A stretch of 64,000 nt of DNA from Candidatus Bathyarchaeota archaeon (GCA_963739305.1 CAVTZU010000036.1:1-64000), one strand, 5' to 3'; positions 10,590 to 21,243 are shown, numbered from the stretch's first letter. Translations and numbers: made by a program. The notes: a model not told the origin generated them from the sequence alone.

Positions 10590-11090
10590 CTAGAAACGAG
10601 GGAAAACCAAAGACCTCACCGCTGACGTCGACTTCAACTGGTGACTCCTCAAGCCTGCAGCTATTTCGACGAATTCTCTGACCGTGCAAGTGGCAAATTC
10701 CAAGGTCGGCGAACCAAATCTTAACCCATGGCACAATGGATCGGCATAGACGAATACCTTACCGTCGCCAATCGGAAACTCGGCCTGATCTGCAAAGCCA
10801 TACTGTGGCTTCATCAACACTTTGAAGGGCCACAATTGGCAAGCACGAGGCTTTGCGCTTTGCAGGCTGCAAGCACAAGCATAGGAACCGGTTCCCAAGA
10901 AAGCACATGAACCATCGCTTCTTCGTCTAATGTACAGTCTATCCAAACCTGAAACCGTGTTCTCGACTCCGTAATTCTTAACGATTCGGAGCCATTCATG
11001 AAAATTGATGACAACGCTGTACAGCCTGCAGCAATCACCACAGCGCGTGCATTTCCAGTCTGCGATGTACTTCCATGGAACGAAATCCAA
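10590..11090 (-). CDS. YkgJ-family Cys-cluster (CxxCxxCC) protein
   Basis: CTRCGDCC, CAFL, CSLQSAKPRACQLWPF. Confidence 0.85.
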   Translation of the reverse strand: MDFVPWKYIADWKCTRCGDCCRLYSVVINFHEWLRIVKNYGVENTVSGLDRLYIRRRSDGSCAFLGTGSYACACSLQSAKPRACQLWPFKVLMKPQYGFADQAEFPIGDGKVFVYADPLCHGLRFGSPTLEFATCTVREFVEIAAGLRSHQLKSTSAVRSLVFPRF

Positions 11091-11123
11091 CGCGCGTCAC
11101 ATTCAAAACTCAAAAAGCGTCTC

Positions 11124-11546
11124 TTATAAAACCTGCTTCGCGAAGGGTCTTAATCTTTCAACTATGTCCTTCGGAATCTGCGTAGCTCGCCCAGTTTGTT
11201 TTTCTGCGACGACAATCACCAAGTAACCGAAAGCAAGTAGCTCTCCACTCTTGTTAGACACGTTGAACCTCAGTTTTGCGGATTTCTCCTTGAGCTCTTC
11301 TACAAGGAGCTCAACCTCGAGCAAATCACCATACCTAGCAGGTTTCTTGTACTGGCAAAAGGCTTCAACCCTTGGAAACCAGAGTCCTCTTTCCCTGAAA
11401 TCGGTAAAGTCGAAACCCAAATGCCTGTAGAACTCCTCTTCAGTTCTTTCAAAGAATCTAAAGTAATTGCTAAAGTGAACGACTCCCGCGGCGTCAGTGT
11501 CGACCCAGGTGACTCTGATAGAAGCTTTGAATGAGCTTTGAGACAT
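11124..11546 (-). CDS. Acyl-CoA thioesterase (4HBT/YbgC hotdog family)
   Basis: VTWVDTDAAGVVHFSNYFRFFE and YKKPARYGD. Confidence 0.9.
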   Translation of the reverse strand: MSQSSFKASIRVTWVDTDAAGVVHFSNYFRFFERTEEEFYRHLGFDFTDFRERGLWFPRVEAFCQYKKPARYGDLLEVELLVEELKEKSAKLRFNVSNKSGELLAFGYLVIVVAEKQTGRATQIPKDIVERLRPFAKQVL

Positions 11547-11555
11547 GACACTTCA

Positions 11556-12032
11556 CTAAGGTATCTTGTAAAGGTAGATTCCGTGGGACGGGAACCCCAA
11601 GGTTTGATTTTCGCAGAAATTGATCACCTTAGCAGGTTTCCACCCAACAATTTCATAATCGTGACTGATGATGCGTGCTCCGCGCTTGAGTTCGTCCTCC
11701 AGTTTCGGCTTGACTTTTTCATTTGCGCTCGTCGTCAAATACAAGAAAACAACATCAGCCGACGTCAAATCCACGTTAAACATGTCGCCGTTGACTATGG
11801 TAATTCTGTCCTGTAAACTCTGCTCGTATATGGTGCTCAACGCCTTCTTAGCGAGGTCTTCCCTTAGCTCAACGCCTACAGCTCTTGCGCCATACTCTTT
11901 TGCCGCCATCACGACCGTTCTTCCATCCCCCGCCCCCAGATCGAAGAACACTTCACCCGCTTTCAAGTCGGCCAAGATCAACATCTGGCGAATCACTTGT
12001 ACCGGACTGGGAACATAGGGCGCTATGAACAA
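11556..12032 (-). CDS. Class I SAM-dependent methyltransferase (protein-lysine MTase-like)
   Basis: APYVPSP, FDLGAGDGR, ADVVFLYL, ELKRGARIISHDY. Confidence 0.88.
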   Translation of the reverse strand: MFIAPYVPSPVQVIRQMLILADLKAGEVFFDLGAGDGRTVVMAAKEYGARAVGVELREDLAKKALSTIYEQSLQDRITIVNGDMFNVDLTSADVVFLYLTTSANEKVKPKLEDELKRGARIISHDYEIVGWKPAKVINFCENQTLGFPSHGIYLYKIP

Positions 12033-12103
12033 ATTATTCGAACTCCATCGTTCGGTTATTGTTCTCTTATCAACTGATTTTGTCCTTTAAGACTTTCCGT
12101 AGA

Positions 12104-12433
12104 TTAGGAAACGTACGTCGCCTTCTTAGGCTGTGGTTGCCTTGCTTCTCCACACTTCGAGCAGCTCTGAGCACACATTTCAAGGTACTTTGCTTCGTCA
12201 CCTGTTCCAACGGCTTCGGAGGCTTTCCTGCACATTTCACTCGCCTCATCGCACTTCTCTTCTCGGCAAAGCTTCGATATCGATAGGCAGATGTCTTGCA
12301 CATCTTTGGGTTCGAGCACAGCACGATTAGTGCGCACCAGCAGGCATACTTCTCGAGCCAAAACGCACGTTCTCATATACCTTATTCTTTCCAGAATTTC
12401 AGAGCGCAGGTTCTTTCGGCTTATTTCCAACAA
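12104..12433 (-). CDS. Cys-rich hypothetical protein
   Basis: 109-aa ORF co-oriented with its neighbours, 9 Cys including a terminal CAQSCSKC. Confidence 0.6.
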   Translation of the reverse strand: MLEISRKNLRSEILERIRYMRTCVLAREVCLLVRTNRAVLEPKDVQDICLSISKLCREEKCDEASEMCRKASEAVGTGDEAKYLEMCAQSCSKCGEARQPQPKKATYVS

Positions 12434-12553
12434 ATCTTCCTCTTGACGAATTATTGAGAGTCACGTTCATTAGGTTTCACATTCATTTAAAGATTGTTTA
12501 CTACAAGTAACTCAGAAACTAATATGTGTGAAGATGCCGAAAACGTTTTTCCA

Positions 12554-15433
12554 TCACCAAAAACGCTTGCTCAATGCTTTACGTTCAATCTCAAGCACCA
12601 ATTCATAAAACTTGTCGTTAGGCTTAGCTTGCTTCTCAAGAATTGTCTTTACATCGTTGGGCGAAATTCTTCTGGCAGACAATGCAATTGCAGCTGGTTT
12701 ACCGTATTTTTCGACCAGTTTCCCTGTCAATATAGCACTATCGTGAAGTTTCTCCTCGACCTTCGTGAGCTTCTCGCCCTTCTTCTCTATGATAGGCGTC
12801 ACTTTCTCTTCCTCAACCTTCACTAGGCCCAAAGCTCCAGAACCACATCTTGGACATTTCGGCCAGTCGGGCAGGTCTTTGATACTAATAGTTTCCGAGT
12901 AACTCCAACAGGTCGTGCACAGAAAAGTGCCAGTTTCACTTAGCAACCGTGCTGCAGCCGACTCCACAAGAACGGCTCGCATGCGTTCAGGCGGAATAAG
13001 ATCGGTCTTCATACTGATGCGTTCTATACCCAGTCGTGCAATCGGAGTCGCGGTGCCCGCGTTTTCCACCCTCTCAATCGTTACATCACCTTGACGCATC
13101 GCTCTAAGAACGCAAATCAGATTGTCTAAATCGACGTCTTTAGTGAAAACCTCTTTCAAAGCTTCTTCATATATTGGGGTTCCCTCAAAGCTCTTAACGA
13201 GCCGTTGAAGACTTACGCTGCTGAAGTCAGCCCATTTTTCTAGCGCCCCGAACCTGTGGGCAACGTGAATCATTCGGCGCTTGAACAAACCAGTCTTGAC
13301 AGCCGCGTTTCTCAGATGATCCCTCACGTTATCCTCTGACAAGCTTTGGACGTCTTTTAGCAAGTCTGCCATTTGATCCGAATTGACGCTGCCCATGGTC
13401 TGCACGAAAATTCGATATGGATCATGTTGAACAACGGCTGTGAAACCCATCTTGTCGGAAAGCAACTCACCGATCAACAATGCGAGAGCCCTGTTTGTAA
13501 GCGAACCGAAGTTAGCGTGAATAAGAATGAATTCTTTCCAGTCCTCAACTATAATTCTTTTGTCCGTAGGAGCCGGATACCCCGCATTGACATGCTCGAT
13601 AGTCTCGGACAAAGCGCGCAAAACTGTGTCTGCGTCCGCAGGATACTGTTCACTGAGCCTCTTGGCAATACTGTCGGTTGATGACCCTTTACGAAACTGT
13701 CTCTCAACGAAACCTCTTATCGCTCCGACTTCCTGAGAAACCGTGAAAGGAACAGGGATCTCCTCTCCAATCCAGCTGGGAATAGCCCCAGTAGGATCTT
13801 CAATCGGTCTGACGTGCACTTTCTTTTCGTCAACGTGTTGGATAATCCAAGGTGAACCTCGGATGATGAACTTTGTTCCTGGCTTTCCGAACTCTGCCAT
13901 GAATGCTTCATCCAAAACTCCGACGGCTTGATCGCTTGATTCGTCCACCACAAGAAACTGTTTCTCTTCAGGAATCATCGACAAATTGTCAAAATAGTAT
14001 TCAAACAGGGCTTTAGTCTGACGGGGTCTCAGAATCATTTTGTCTTCGAAAGAGACCCAAGCTAACCTCGGAAAGCGCCCGTGCATGTACTTCATAACTC
14101 CCGCGACATCTTCCTCTGTGAGATTCTCATAAGGGTAGGCATTCCTGAACGTCTCCAAAATCTCGCTGAACGCGAGCCTTCTGTTCTTTATCAACAACCC
14201 TGCGATCTGATGTGCTAGAACATCGTATGGTTTCGGGGGAATTTGAACGGGTTCAAGGTTCTCCTTTAAAGCCATCTTCGCGATCGCTAATGCTTCAAGG
14301 GCGTCATCGGAATCTAAGGCGATTATTATACCTTCAGCAGTTCTTCCGACGCTGTGACCGCTTCTTCCAACCCTTTGAATTAGCCTCGTTGCTTGACGAG
14401 GACTCATGTACTGGATGACCAAGTCAATCCTGCCCACGTCTATCCCCAGCTCAAGTGAACTCGTGCACACGAGCCCTTTCAGTTCACCGCTCTTCAGGCC
14501 TCTTTCGGCGGCCAAACGGGATGGTTTCGCGAGGGAGCCATGATGTATGGATACGGGGAAATTCATATCCCAGACTTTCAGGCGGCTTGCGAGGACTTCT
14601 GAAATTGCGCGTGTGTTCGTGAACAACAAAACAGACTTGTGTTTACTGATGTAGTCTTTTATGATTCTGAGTCTGGCCGCAACTTCTGGATGCGTGTAGA
14701 GTTTTGAGGCCAGACGCAGATCTTCGTCGTCAGGCTTCGGGAAAACGATTTTGAGCCGCAGAATCCTTGCGACTGGAACTCGTACTATTTCGACTTTTCT
14801 GTCTTTGCCAACGAGGAAATGAGCCACCTTATCCGGAGTGCCAATGGTTGCTGACAGTCCTATGAGCTGGAAGTCTCTTCCAATCATTAATCTGAGCCTT
14901 TCTAAAGCTAACGCCAGTTGACTACCGCGTTTGCTGTCCGCTAGCTCATGAACTTCGTCGATTATCACCCAACGCACTTGTTGCAAGTGTTGGCGCATGA
15001 TCCAACCGGAAAGAATCGCCTGCAGTGTTTCGGGCGTCGTGATCAAGATTTCAGGAGGCATCCTGGACTGGCGAACCCGTTCCTTTGTCTCGGTGTCGCC
15101 GTGACGGACAGCCAATTTGACGTCGAGGCTGTTGCACCACCACTCAAGCCTCTCGAGCATGTCTCTGTTCAAAGCTCGCAACGGCGTTATGTACAAGACT
15201 TTGATGCCAGGTGTTCCTTGTTGACCTTGTAACAGCATGCTTAGAACGGGGAGGAAGGCGGCTTCAGTTTTGCCTGTTGCTGTGGGCGAGATCAAGAGGA
15301 CGTTCTTTCCTTCGAGAATCAACGGAATGACTTTTTCCTGAGGCTCAGTGGGTTTCAGGAACTCCCTCTGCTCAACGAGCCTTCGAACCGGCTTTACAAG
15401 CAAATCAAAAGCATCTGCACGAGACTCTTTCAA
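12554..15433 (-). CDS. lhr: Lhr-like SF2 DEAD/DEAH-box helicase with C-terminal Zn ribbon
   Basis: SPTATGKT, TPETL, IDEVHE, GLSAT, HHGSL, SSLELGIDVG, QRVGRSGH; CTTC...CPRC near the C-terminus; likely start TTG 15433. Confidence 0.9.
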   Translation of the reverse strand: MKESRADAFDLLVKPVRRLVEQREFLKPTEPQEKVIPLILEGKNVLLISPTATGKTEAAFLPVLSMLLQGQQGTPGIKVLYITPLRALNRDMLERLEWWCNSLDVKLAVRHGDTETKERVRQSRMPPEILITTPETLQAILSGWIMRQHLQQVRWVIIDEVHELADSKRGSQLALALERLRLMIGRDFQLIGLSATIGTPDKVAHFLVGKDRKVEIVRVPVARILRLKIVFPKPDDEDLRLASKLYTHPEVAARLRIIKDYISKHKSVLLFTNTRAISEVLASRLKVWDMNFPVSIHHGSLAKPSRLAAERGLKSGELKGLVCTSSLELGIDVGRIDLVIQYMSPRQATRLIQRVGRSGHSVGRTAEGIIIALDSDDALEALAIAKMALKENLEPVQIPPKPYDVLAHQIAGLLIKNRRLAFSEILETFRNAYPYENLTEEDVAGVMKYMHGRFPRLAWVSFEDKMILRPRQTKALFEYYFDNLSMIPEEKQFLVVDESSDQAVGVLDEAFMAEFGKPGTKFIIRGSPWIIQHVDEKKVHVRPIEDPTGAIPSWIGEEIPVPFTVSQEVGAIRGFVERQFRKGSSTDSIAKRLSEQYPADADTVLRALSETIEHVNAGYPAPTDKRIIVEDWKEFILIHANFGSLTNRALALLIGELLSDKMGFTAVVQHDPYRIFVQTMGSVNSDQMADLLKDVQSLSEDNVRDHLRNAAVKTGLFKRRMIHVAHRFGALEKWADFSSVSLQRLVKSFEGTPIYEEALKEVFTKDVDLDNLICVLRAMRQGDVTIERVENAGTATPIARLGIERISMKTDLIPPERMRAVLVESAAARLLSETGTFLCTTCWSYSETISIKDLPDWPKCPRCGSGALGLVKVEEEKVTPIIEKKGEKLTKVEEKLHDSAILTGKLVEKYGKPAAIALSARRISPNDVKTILEKQAKPNDKFYELVLEIERKALSKRFW

Positions 15434-15596
15434 GACAGGCTGAACCTCGGTTGCAGACAGAATAAGCACAGAGTCGGTGGTAAAAGCATTTTGGACAAGA
15501 TCGTGGCGAGGCCAATCGTTCGGATTTTTTATTGACAAGCAATGACGGGAAACGACCAGAAGGGTGGATGTTGGAAAAAGAGGAAAAAGTGGGTGT

Positions 15597-16922
15597 TTAC
15601 TTCGATTTTGTCATGTGCACGTTTTTCATCAGAACGTAGGGGCTAAGTGAAGGTGGATCAGCTTCTCCCCACCAATGCACGTGCTGTCTTTCTTTTGAGA
15701 CACCCACGATGTTTCCGAGCATCGCGAGAGCATTGTCGCTTAATCGCAGGTCCTTCAGAGATTGTTTAATTTCGCCGTTCTCCACGAGGAAAATGCCGTC
15801 TCTAGGAATTGTGGAGAAGTCTCCTTTTGCATAGTTCTGAAATCGTGTGTACCAAGTGTTGGTGAGGTAAAGTCCTCTTTTCATTTCTTCGAAGAGTTCC
15901 TCTTTGCCCATTTCGCCTGCGTCCGTTTCAACGCTCCATGCGCCTGGAGCAATCAGGCCCGCGTTGGCCGTTGTGTCTGTTTTGAAGATTTTTGCGGTTG
16001 AGTTGTTGTGAAGATAGGTCTTGAGCACGCCATGATCAATGATGATGTTCTCTTTTGTGGGAACCCCTTCGTCGTCGAACGTTCTGTTTGACAACGAGTA
16101 AGAGGCGGGGTTGTCTCTCAAAGTCACGATTCGCGGGGCTACCTTTTTGCCAAGTTTGTCGACGAAGATGGACATCTGCGTCATGATAGAGTATGCCGAA
16201 ACCATGCCTGCCCATATGCTAACGATGGAGCCGAAGATCAATGGGTCAAATATTACGTCGAAGGCGCCTTCGTCGCCTATTTTCGGTTTTCTCGCAAGTT
16301 TCGCAATTTGTCCAGCTTTTGTTCCTGCTTTTGAGGGTTTGAAGTCTTTGAGCGTCGAGCTGCATTCGACTCCGTGTCCTGAAGCTTCTCTCTCTGCGAA
16401 GGCTCTGATCGAGAGTTCGATCGAAGATCTCGTGTCGGAGCCTGTTGGTCCTTCGGAGGAAGCCAAGTAAACTCTTTCGAATTTAGTGAGCAGTATTCCG
16501 CCGGTGTCAACTTTTGGTCCCACTTCCACCTTTGCGGCTTCTATGGCTTCGAAGACGTGGTCTGTGAGGTTTTTCAGGTCTTCAATTCTCTTGTCGGCTT
16601 TGCTTTTCGAGTAGTTGAATTTGCCTTTTGCGAATCCTCCGAAAGTTGGGCTTTCACTGGAGACTTTTGCCAATTTCAAGAGTTGCTTGAGGTTCTTGTC
16701 AACGTCGATGAAGTTGTGCATCTGGGTTGCGACTAATCTTTTTTTCCAGGCTAACGCGAGGTCTGTGACGTAGTCGTTCCATGCGACAGTGATGTCTACC
16801 TGATTGTTGCTGAAGCGGACCTGTCGGTATTTGCCCTGTGTCGTCTTGGCGATGACCTCGTCTGCACCTAACTGCTTTGCTTTTGTCACTATTTCCTGTG
16901 TTTTGTTCGCTGTGTCGTTCAT
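15597..16922 (-). CDS. TldD/PmbA family protein (PmbA/TldE-like partner)
   Basis: VRFSNNQ, FDDEGVPT, TANAG; lacks HExxGH; ATGA-coupled to upstream tldD. Confidence 0.88.
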   Translation of the reverse strand: MNDTANKTQEIVTKAKQLGADEVIAKTTQGKYRQVRFSNNQVDITVAWNDYVTDLALAWKKRLVATQMHNFIDVDKNLKQLLKLAKVSSESPTFGGFAKGKFNYSKSKADKRIEDLKNLTDHVFEAIEAAKVEVGPKVDTGGILLTKFERVYLASSEGPTGSDTRSSIELSIRAFAEREASGHGVECSSTLKDFKPSKAGTKAGQIAKLARKPKIGDEGAFDVIFDPLIFGSIVSIWAGMVSAYSIMTQMSIFVDKLGKKVAPRIVTLRDNPASYSLSNRTFDDEGVPTKENIIIDHGVLKTYLHNNSTAKIFKTDTTANAGLIAPGAWSVETDAGEMGKEELFEEMKRGLYLTNTWYTRFQNYAKGDFSTIPRDGIFLVENGEIKQSLKDLRLSDNALAMLGNIVGVSKERQHVHWWGEADPPSLSPYVLMKNVHMTKSK

Positions 16923-18337
16923 TTTATGAACACTCCCCTCAGCCTCAAGCATGGGCCACCTGTGTACACTGGGACTCCCTGGGCTGGATCACCTTTGCCG
17001 CAAGTGGCTGCGTCAAATTTTACTTGTTTAGAAACGGCGTCGACTGACGTCCAGAATTTTTTCGTCGTGGTTTCGATGACTGGTCTAGCAATCGGGGCTT
17101 TGACTTCGCCTCTTTCTATGAGGTATGCTTCCCTGCCGACGTAGCGTTGGTTGAATCGTTTGTCATCGATGTTCCATTCGGTGAAGGATTTCATGTAAAT
17201 GCCGTGGTCGACGTCTTCAAGTAACTCTTCCTCTGTGAGTTTCCCTGGTAGCACAAACGTGTTTGCCATGCGGACTATTGCTTCACGGTCGTAGTTTATG
17301 GATCTTGAAGAGCCGTTGCTGCGGGTCTTGAGTTTGGCGGCTGATTCTCTGTTTTGAAGGAACTCGTTTATGATGCCGTCTTTGTACAGGAATCTTCGTT
17401 TGGCTTTGACGCCTTCGTCGTCGAACATGTAGTAGCCGTAGCTGTACTCGATCGTGGGGTCATCGACGATTGTGACAGCGTCGCTGCCTATTCTTGTTCC
17501 AACCCAGTAGGGACCGCCTTGGTAGATGAAGGATCTTCCGGCTTGGCTCATCTCGCGGCCCAGAATCCTGTCTGCTTCCATCGGGTGACCGCACGATTCG
17601 TGTGCTGCTATTCCAGCGACTTCTGGACCGCACACAAGGTCGGTTTTTTCAGGTTTGACGGTTTTGGCTTTTGCAATGACGTCTCTCAGGACTTTTGCGT
17701 CGTGGATGAGCTTGTCCGCGACTTTCCATTCTTTGAAAGCTTCCCAACCGCCGCTGCGCCCGAATTGTTCGGAGGCTTGTTCAGTTTTTCCTTGTTCTTC
17801 GACCGTGATGAAGAAGTATGCTCCAATCTTGGGGACGAAAGATGATATTTGTGAGCCTTCGGAGTTTACGTAGTACTTTGTGATTAAGTCGATAGAGCAT
17901 TGTGATATTGTGGCGGGTATTTTGACGCCGCAGGAACTGACTTTTTTGTTGATGTCGGTTAGTGTTTCAATTCTTTCTTCGTTGGGCACGTTCTGAATTT
18001 TCTGATTCTGGTCAACCGTCCATTTTGCTTTGACTGCCTTTTCTTTGGTGAAGGACAGTTTTTGTTCTCTGTTTGCTCTTTTTGCGTATTTGAAGGCAAG
18101 GCCTACGATTTGTTTTGCTTCGGTTTTTGACCACAGGTTTGTTGATGCGAATCCGATCCCGCCGTTGGCCATTATTCTCACGGAGTATCCGCTATCTACG
18201 GCTGAGGCATATGCTTCTAGGTTTCCGTTTCTTAGAATGATTCTGTCGGATGTTTGGGCTTGGCCTCTTACTTCGACGTATTCAGTTTCTTTGGTTTGTG
18301 CGTACTCAAGTGTGTAATCAATCAGGTCTTGTTTCAA
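16919..18337 (-). CDS. tldD: TldD metalloprotease
   Basis: AAHESCGHPMEADR, FDDEG, VRMANT, CGKGDP.Q. Confidence 0.9.
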   Translation of the reverse strand: MKQDLIDYTLEYAQTKETEYVEVRGQAQTSDRIILRNGNLEAYASAVDSGYSVRIMANGGIGFASTNLWSKTEAKQIVGLAFKYAKRANREQKLSFTKEKAVKAKWTVDQNQKIQNVPNEERIETLTDINKKVSSCGVKIPATISQCSIDLITKYYVNSEGSQISSFVPKIGAYFFITVEEQGKTEQASEQFGRSGGWEAFKEWKVADKLIHDAKVLRDVIAKAKTVKPEKTDLVCGPEVAGIAAHESCGHPMEADRILGREMSQAGRSFIYQGGPYWVGTRIGSDAVTIVDDPTIEYSYGYYMFDDEGVKAKRRFLYKDGIINEFLQNRESAAKLKTRSNGSSRSINYDREAIVRMANTFVLPGKLTEEELLEDVDHGIYMKSFTEWNIDDKRFNQRYVGREAYLIERGEVKAPIARPVIETTTKKFWTSVDAVSKQVKFDAATCGKGDPAQGVPVYTGGPCLRLRGVFIK

Positions 18338-18556
18338 TTCTTTCCATCCTTTGATACTTTATGTGTGTTTGGGGATGAAGTATTTCACTTTGCTGGTTTG
18401 TTTTGACTTGTGTTTCTTATGAGTGTCCGTGGTTTGTTATGCACCTTGTTCTAGGTTGGTTTCTGCCATGTTGAGTGTTGAGTGTTGTAGGATGGAAAAT
18501 TATTTATCTACCATCATGTGAAGACCATGGATATGATGATGTTTGGAGGAAGATAG

Positions 18557-18727
18557 ATGGCTAAGTGTCCCAAATGTGGAACCGAAGTTTCAAAACCAAG
18601 GAAGACGTGGATGATGGCGGGGCGTCCAGATAAGACTGGAAAAAGGATACAGCTTGAAATAGGGCTTTTCGATTGCCCGAAGGATCATAAGCCATTCCGG
18701 GAAGTCCTAAGCAAGAAGAAGATTTAG
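18557..18727 (+). CDS. Cren7-like small basic chromatin protein (56 aa; absent from the ORF track)
   Basis: Translated by hand: MAKCPKCGTEVSKPRKTWMMAGRPDKTGKRIQLEIGLFDCPKDHKPFREVLSKKKI. It has GGAGG upstream and a T-tract downstream, and the P.KTW...G....IGLF.CP....FR pattern resembles Cren7. Confidence 0.82.
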   Translation: MAKCPKCGTEVSKPRKTWMMAGRPDKTGKRIQLEIGLFDCPKDHKPFREVLSKKKI

Positions 18728-18747
18728 ACAATTCGCCTGATTCTCCG

Positions 18748-18773
18748 TCTTTTTCCCTTTTTTTTGTCTTTTT
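18748..18773 (+). terminator. Oligo-T archaeal terminator after the Cren7-like gene
   Basis: Consecutive T-tracts (TCTTTTTCCCTTTTTTTTGTCTTTTT) about 20 nt after the stop. Confidence 0.6.
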
Positions 18774-18826
18774 GGGCGTTAGGTTTTAAAGTGTGCTTTG
18801 GCTAGTGGTCAGGCAAGTTTGGTCTG

Positions 18827-19501
18827 ATGGAAGGTTGTTTGTTGGCTGAATCTAGGGCTAGGCGCGTTTGGAAGAATGAGTATTTCCAGACGGCTGTCAT
18901 GATTTTGGTTATTCTAGGAGTCGTCTGGGGCTTTTGGTATGGTTCTCGTTGGGTGTTGAACACGGATTATCCGATGCTTGCGGTTGCTTCTGGGAGCATG
19001 AGTTTGCCGAAGGGTGTGCCTGATGACGGGTGGTCTCGGCCGTTTGATCCGACGTTGCACACGGGGGATTTGATTTTGATTCAGGGTGTGAATGCTGACG
19101 ATGTTTATGCGGCGCCGCTTAATGAGAGCGGGGGGCGATCTGGTGACATCTTGGTGTTTCATGCTCCAGGGAGTGACGAGTTGATTGTTCACAGGGCGAT
19201 TCAGAAGGTCGTGCTGGGTGGGGAGGTTTATTTTGTCACGCAGGGCGATGCTAATCTGGGTCCTGGGCCTTATTCGCCTACTCCTGCGTCCAGTGTTATC
19301 GGGCGTGTTGTGTTGCGAGTTCCTTGGATTGGGCATCTCGCTTTGTATATGAGGAACTCGGCTGGCATCGTGATCATTGTCGTGTTGATTGCTGTGTTGG
19401 TTGTTGTTGAATTTGTTCTTCCCGCGGTTACGCATAAGAAGCCTGAAAACAACGTCGACGAGCACGTTGAGCAGAATCCTGAGACTGAGAATCCAATATG
19501 A
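18827..19501 (+). CDS. Signal peptidase I (S26B, Sec11/SipW type)
   Basis: TM helix, VASGSM, GDLI, GDILVF, IVHR, TQGDAN, VPWIG; start may be TTG 18842. Confidence 0.9.
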   Translation: MEGCLLAESRARRVWKNEYFQTAVMILVILGVVWGFWYGSRWVLNTDYPMLAVASGSMSLPKGVPDDGWSRPFDPTLHTGDLILIQGVNADDVYAAPLNESGGRSGDILVFHAPGSDELIVHRAIQKVVLGGEVYFVTQGDANLGPGPYSPTPASSVIGRVVLRVPWIGHLALYMRNSAGIVIIVVLIAVLVVVEFVLPAVTHKKPENNVDEHVEQNPETENPI

Positions 19502-19785
19502 GCTGTTTGGGTCTTCTCGGTTGAGAGGATACGACTGCTCAAGAACTTAATTGTTGGGGCTTAAGACCCACTAGAAAGGAAGAGAACGAACCAAGTGAGG
19601 AATCTTTCCAGCATTCAACTTGTGAGAACAAAAAACCATCTAGCAGCACTTGTTGCCGTATGGAGAATGACCGAGACAACGGGAATTCCATAAACTGACC
19701 GAACTCGAAATAGAACACTGCAGTTCCTCGAAGAATCCAAGCGGAACCAATAGGATCCACATTACATAGCGCGCGCACTTCAACA

Positions 19786-20184
19786 TCAATGGCCAGTCTT
19801 CTCAGCAGGCTGAAAAATTCGACAAGCATCCTGCTTTCTCCAAAACTCATTGTCATGGTCATAGTGCCTTGGACACTTCCTCTTCATATAATAAAGACAG
19901 TTTCCACATTCACCTTGCGAATCATAGTCAGTAGCAACCTCCTGTTCAACAGGCTGTGATTTCTCGGTCACTTCTTCCTCGTTCGTCTTGTCCAGTAGGT
20001 CGCAGCCTATTTCGCAATTGCTACGCAATGAGCACTTGTAACAACAAGCGTCTTTGATCGTGTTCTGACACTTGTCTTTTCTCAGAGCTCCCATGTCAGA
20101 TTCCTTTATCGCTCGACAGCTGTCGTCTCCAACGAGGAATTCGCATTCGGAAACGCGGTCCTCAACAGTTTTCCTCAACAACAA
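19786..20184 (-). CDS. Cys-rich hypothetical protein
   Basis: AGGAGG RBS directly upstream; about 13 Cys including CCYKC..C..GC and CGNC. Confidence 0.6.
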   Translation of the reverse strand: MLLRKTVEDRVSECEFLVGDDSCRAIKESDMGALRKDKCQNTIKDACCYKCSLRSNCEIGCDLLDKTNEEEVTEKSQPVEQEVATDYDSQGECGNCLYYMKRKCPRHYDHDNEFWRKQDACRIFQPAEKTGH

Positions 20185-20368
20185 CCTCCTTTAGTCAGTA
20201 GCGCGCGCGGTCAACCAATGACAACTTTAAGGATAGCTTTCTGAAAAGGCTTTTCATCATTGACGTTCCTAAAGCGCTAGGATTTTTGGTGGCATTCCAA
20301 AACCTTCTTCCATTCATGAACATCACTTAAAATCAATCTTGGTAGCACAAATGCCCGAAGACGTGCTC

Positions 20369-20665
20369 TTAGACTATGAACAACAAGAGTACCGAAGAAA
20401 TCAGGCAGAACAATCCTACTAGGAACATGACAGCGGCCGTTGTCCACAGCTTCTTCCTCGTCGGATAGATGCTGTAAAAGAAGATCGAAAAAGCCGACAG
20501 GAGAAATGTAACGGCTCCAAGCAACAGCGTAAATTTCAATATGATAGGCGCGGTTTCACCACGGAGACCCGTAATTTGCAGAACCGTCAAACTCAGCGCA
20601 GCTAGAGTTCCTGGGTAGGACGCGTTCACTATCGGTTTTATGAATTTCTCTTCAAATTCTTCCAT
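20369..20665 (-). CDS. Small membrane protein (about 3 TM)
   Basis: 98-aa hydrophobic ORF with ATG start in otherwise empty space. Confidence 0.65.
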   Translation of the reverse strand: MEEFEEKFIKPIVNASYPGTLAALSLTVLQITGLRGETAPIILKFTLLLGAVTFLLSAFSIFFYSIYPTRKKLWTTAAVMFLVGLFCLISSVLLLFIV

Positions 20666-20878
20666 AATTCAATCTCTTCCGCAGCAAATGGCCACGTTGT
20701 CGATATTAAGTCGGTCAAGGCTTAAACTTTTTGTGAAATCGACCGCATCAACTTCTTCAAGGTGAGACTAGCGCGCGCTAATTATTCTTCTAGAACTGTC
20801 CTCTCGATTTTTCCAACATACGTATTTAAGAAACCCGAAATGGCTAATTTCGATAAGGAGACAGGAGAAGGCAGATAG

Positions 20879-21091
20879 GTGCAGACGGCTCAGAACGTGC
20901 GGAAAATGGACGAAGAGTTTCTAGGAGGTTTCTTAAAATCCTACTCTAAACGCTATCAACAGTGGAAGAGGAAAGACCTTCTTGTAGTAGCGCTTGAAAC
21001 GATGCCGAAACAAGTCAACACGGACGATGTCATTGACAACTTGATAAAGTTGAAGTGCGAGTTCTCAAAGAGGCTAAGCTACGAAGGCTAA
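20879..21091 (+). CDS. Hypothetical protein
   Basis: 70-aa ORF preceded by purine-rich RBS-like sequence and a TATA-like TTTAAG. Confidence 0.45.
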   Translation: MQTAQNVRKMDEEFLGGFLKSYSKRYQQWKRKDLLVVALETMPKQVNTDDVIDNLIKLKCEFSKRLSYEG

Positions 21092-21243
21092 GTTCTCTAG
21101 AACCTTCGAACTGAAAACTCCTTTTCCACGCACCAGCCAAGTCTCGGACACTGAAACCAAGGATAAAACGTAGATTTCTTGTTTGTACACTGAATTCATA
21201 ATTCTAATAAACAAAACGGGCAAACTTGACGTGAGAAATTGCA

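Noticed and set aside
18466-18487. CCATGTTGAGT match to the end of element copy 1, plus a short GTTGAGT tandem
   Set aside because: Only 11 bp in G/T-rich DNA, and the G-string/hairpin core is absent
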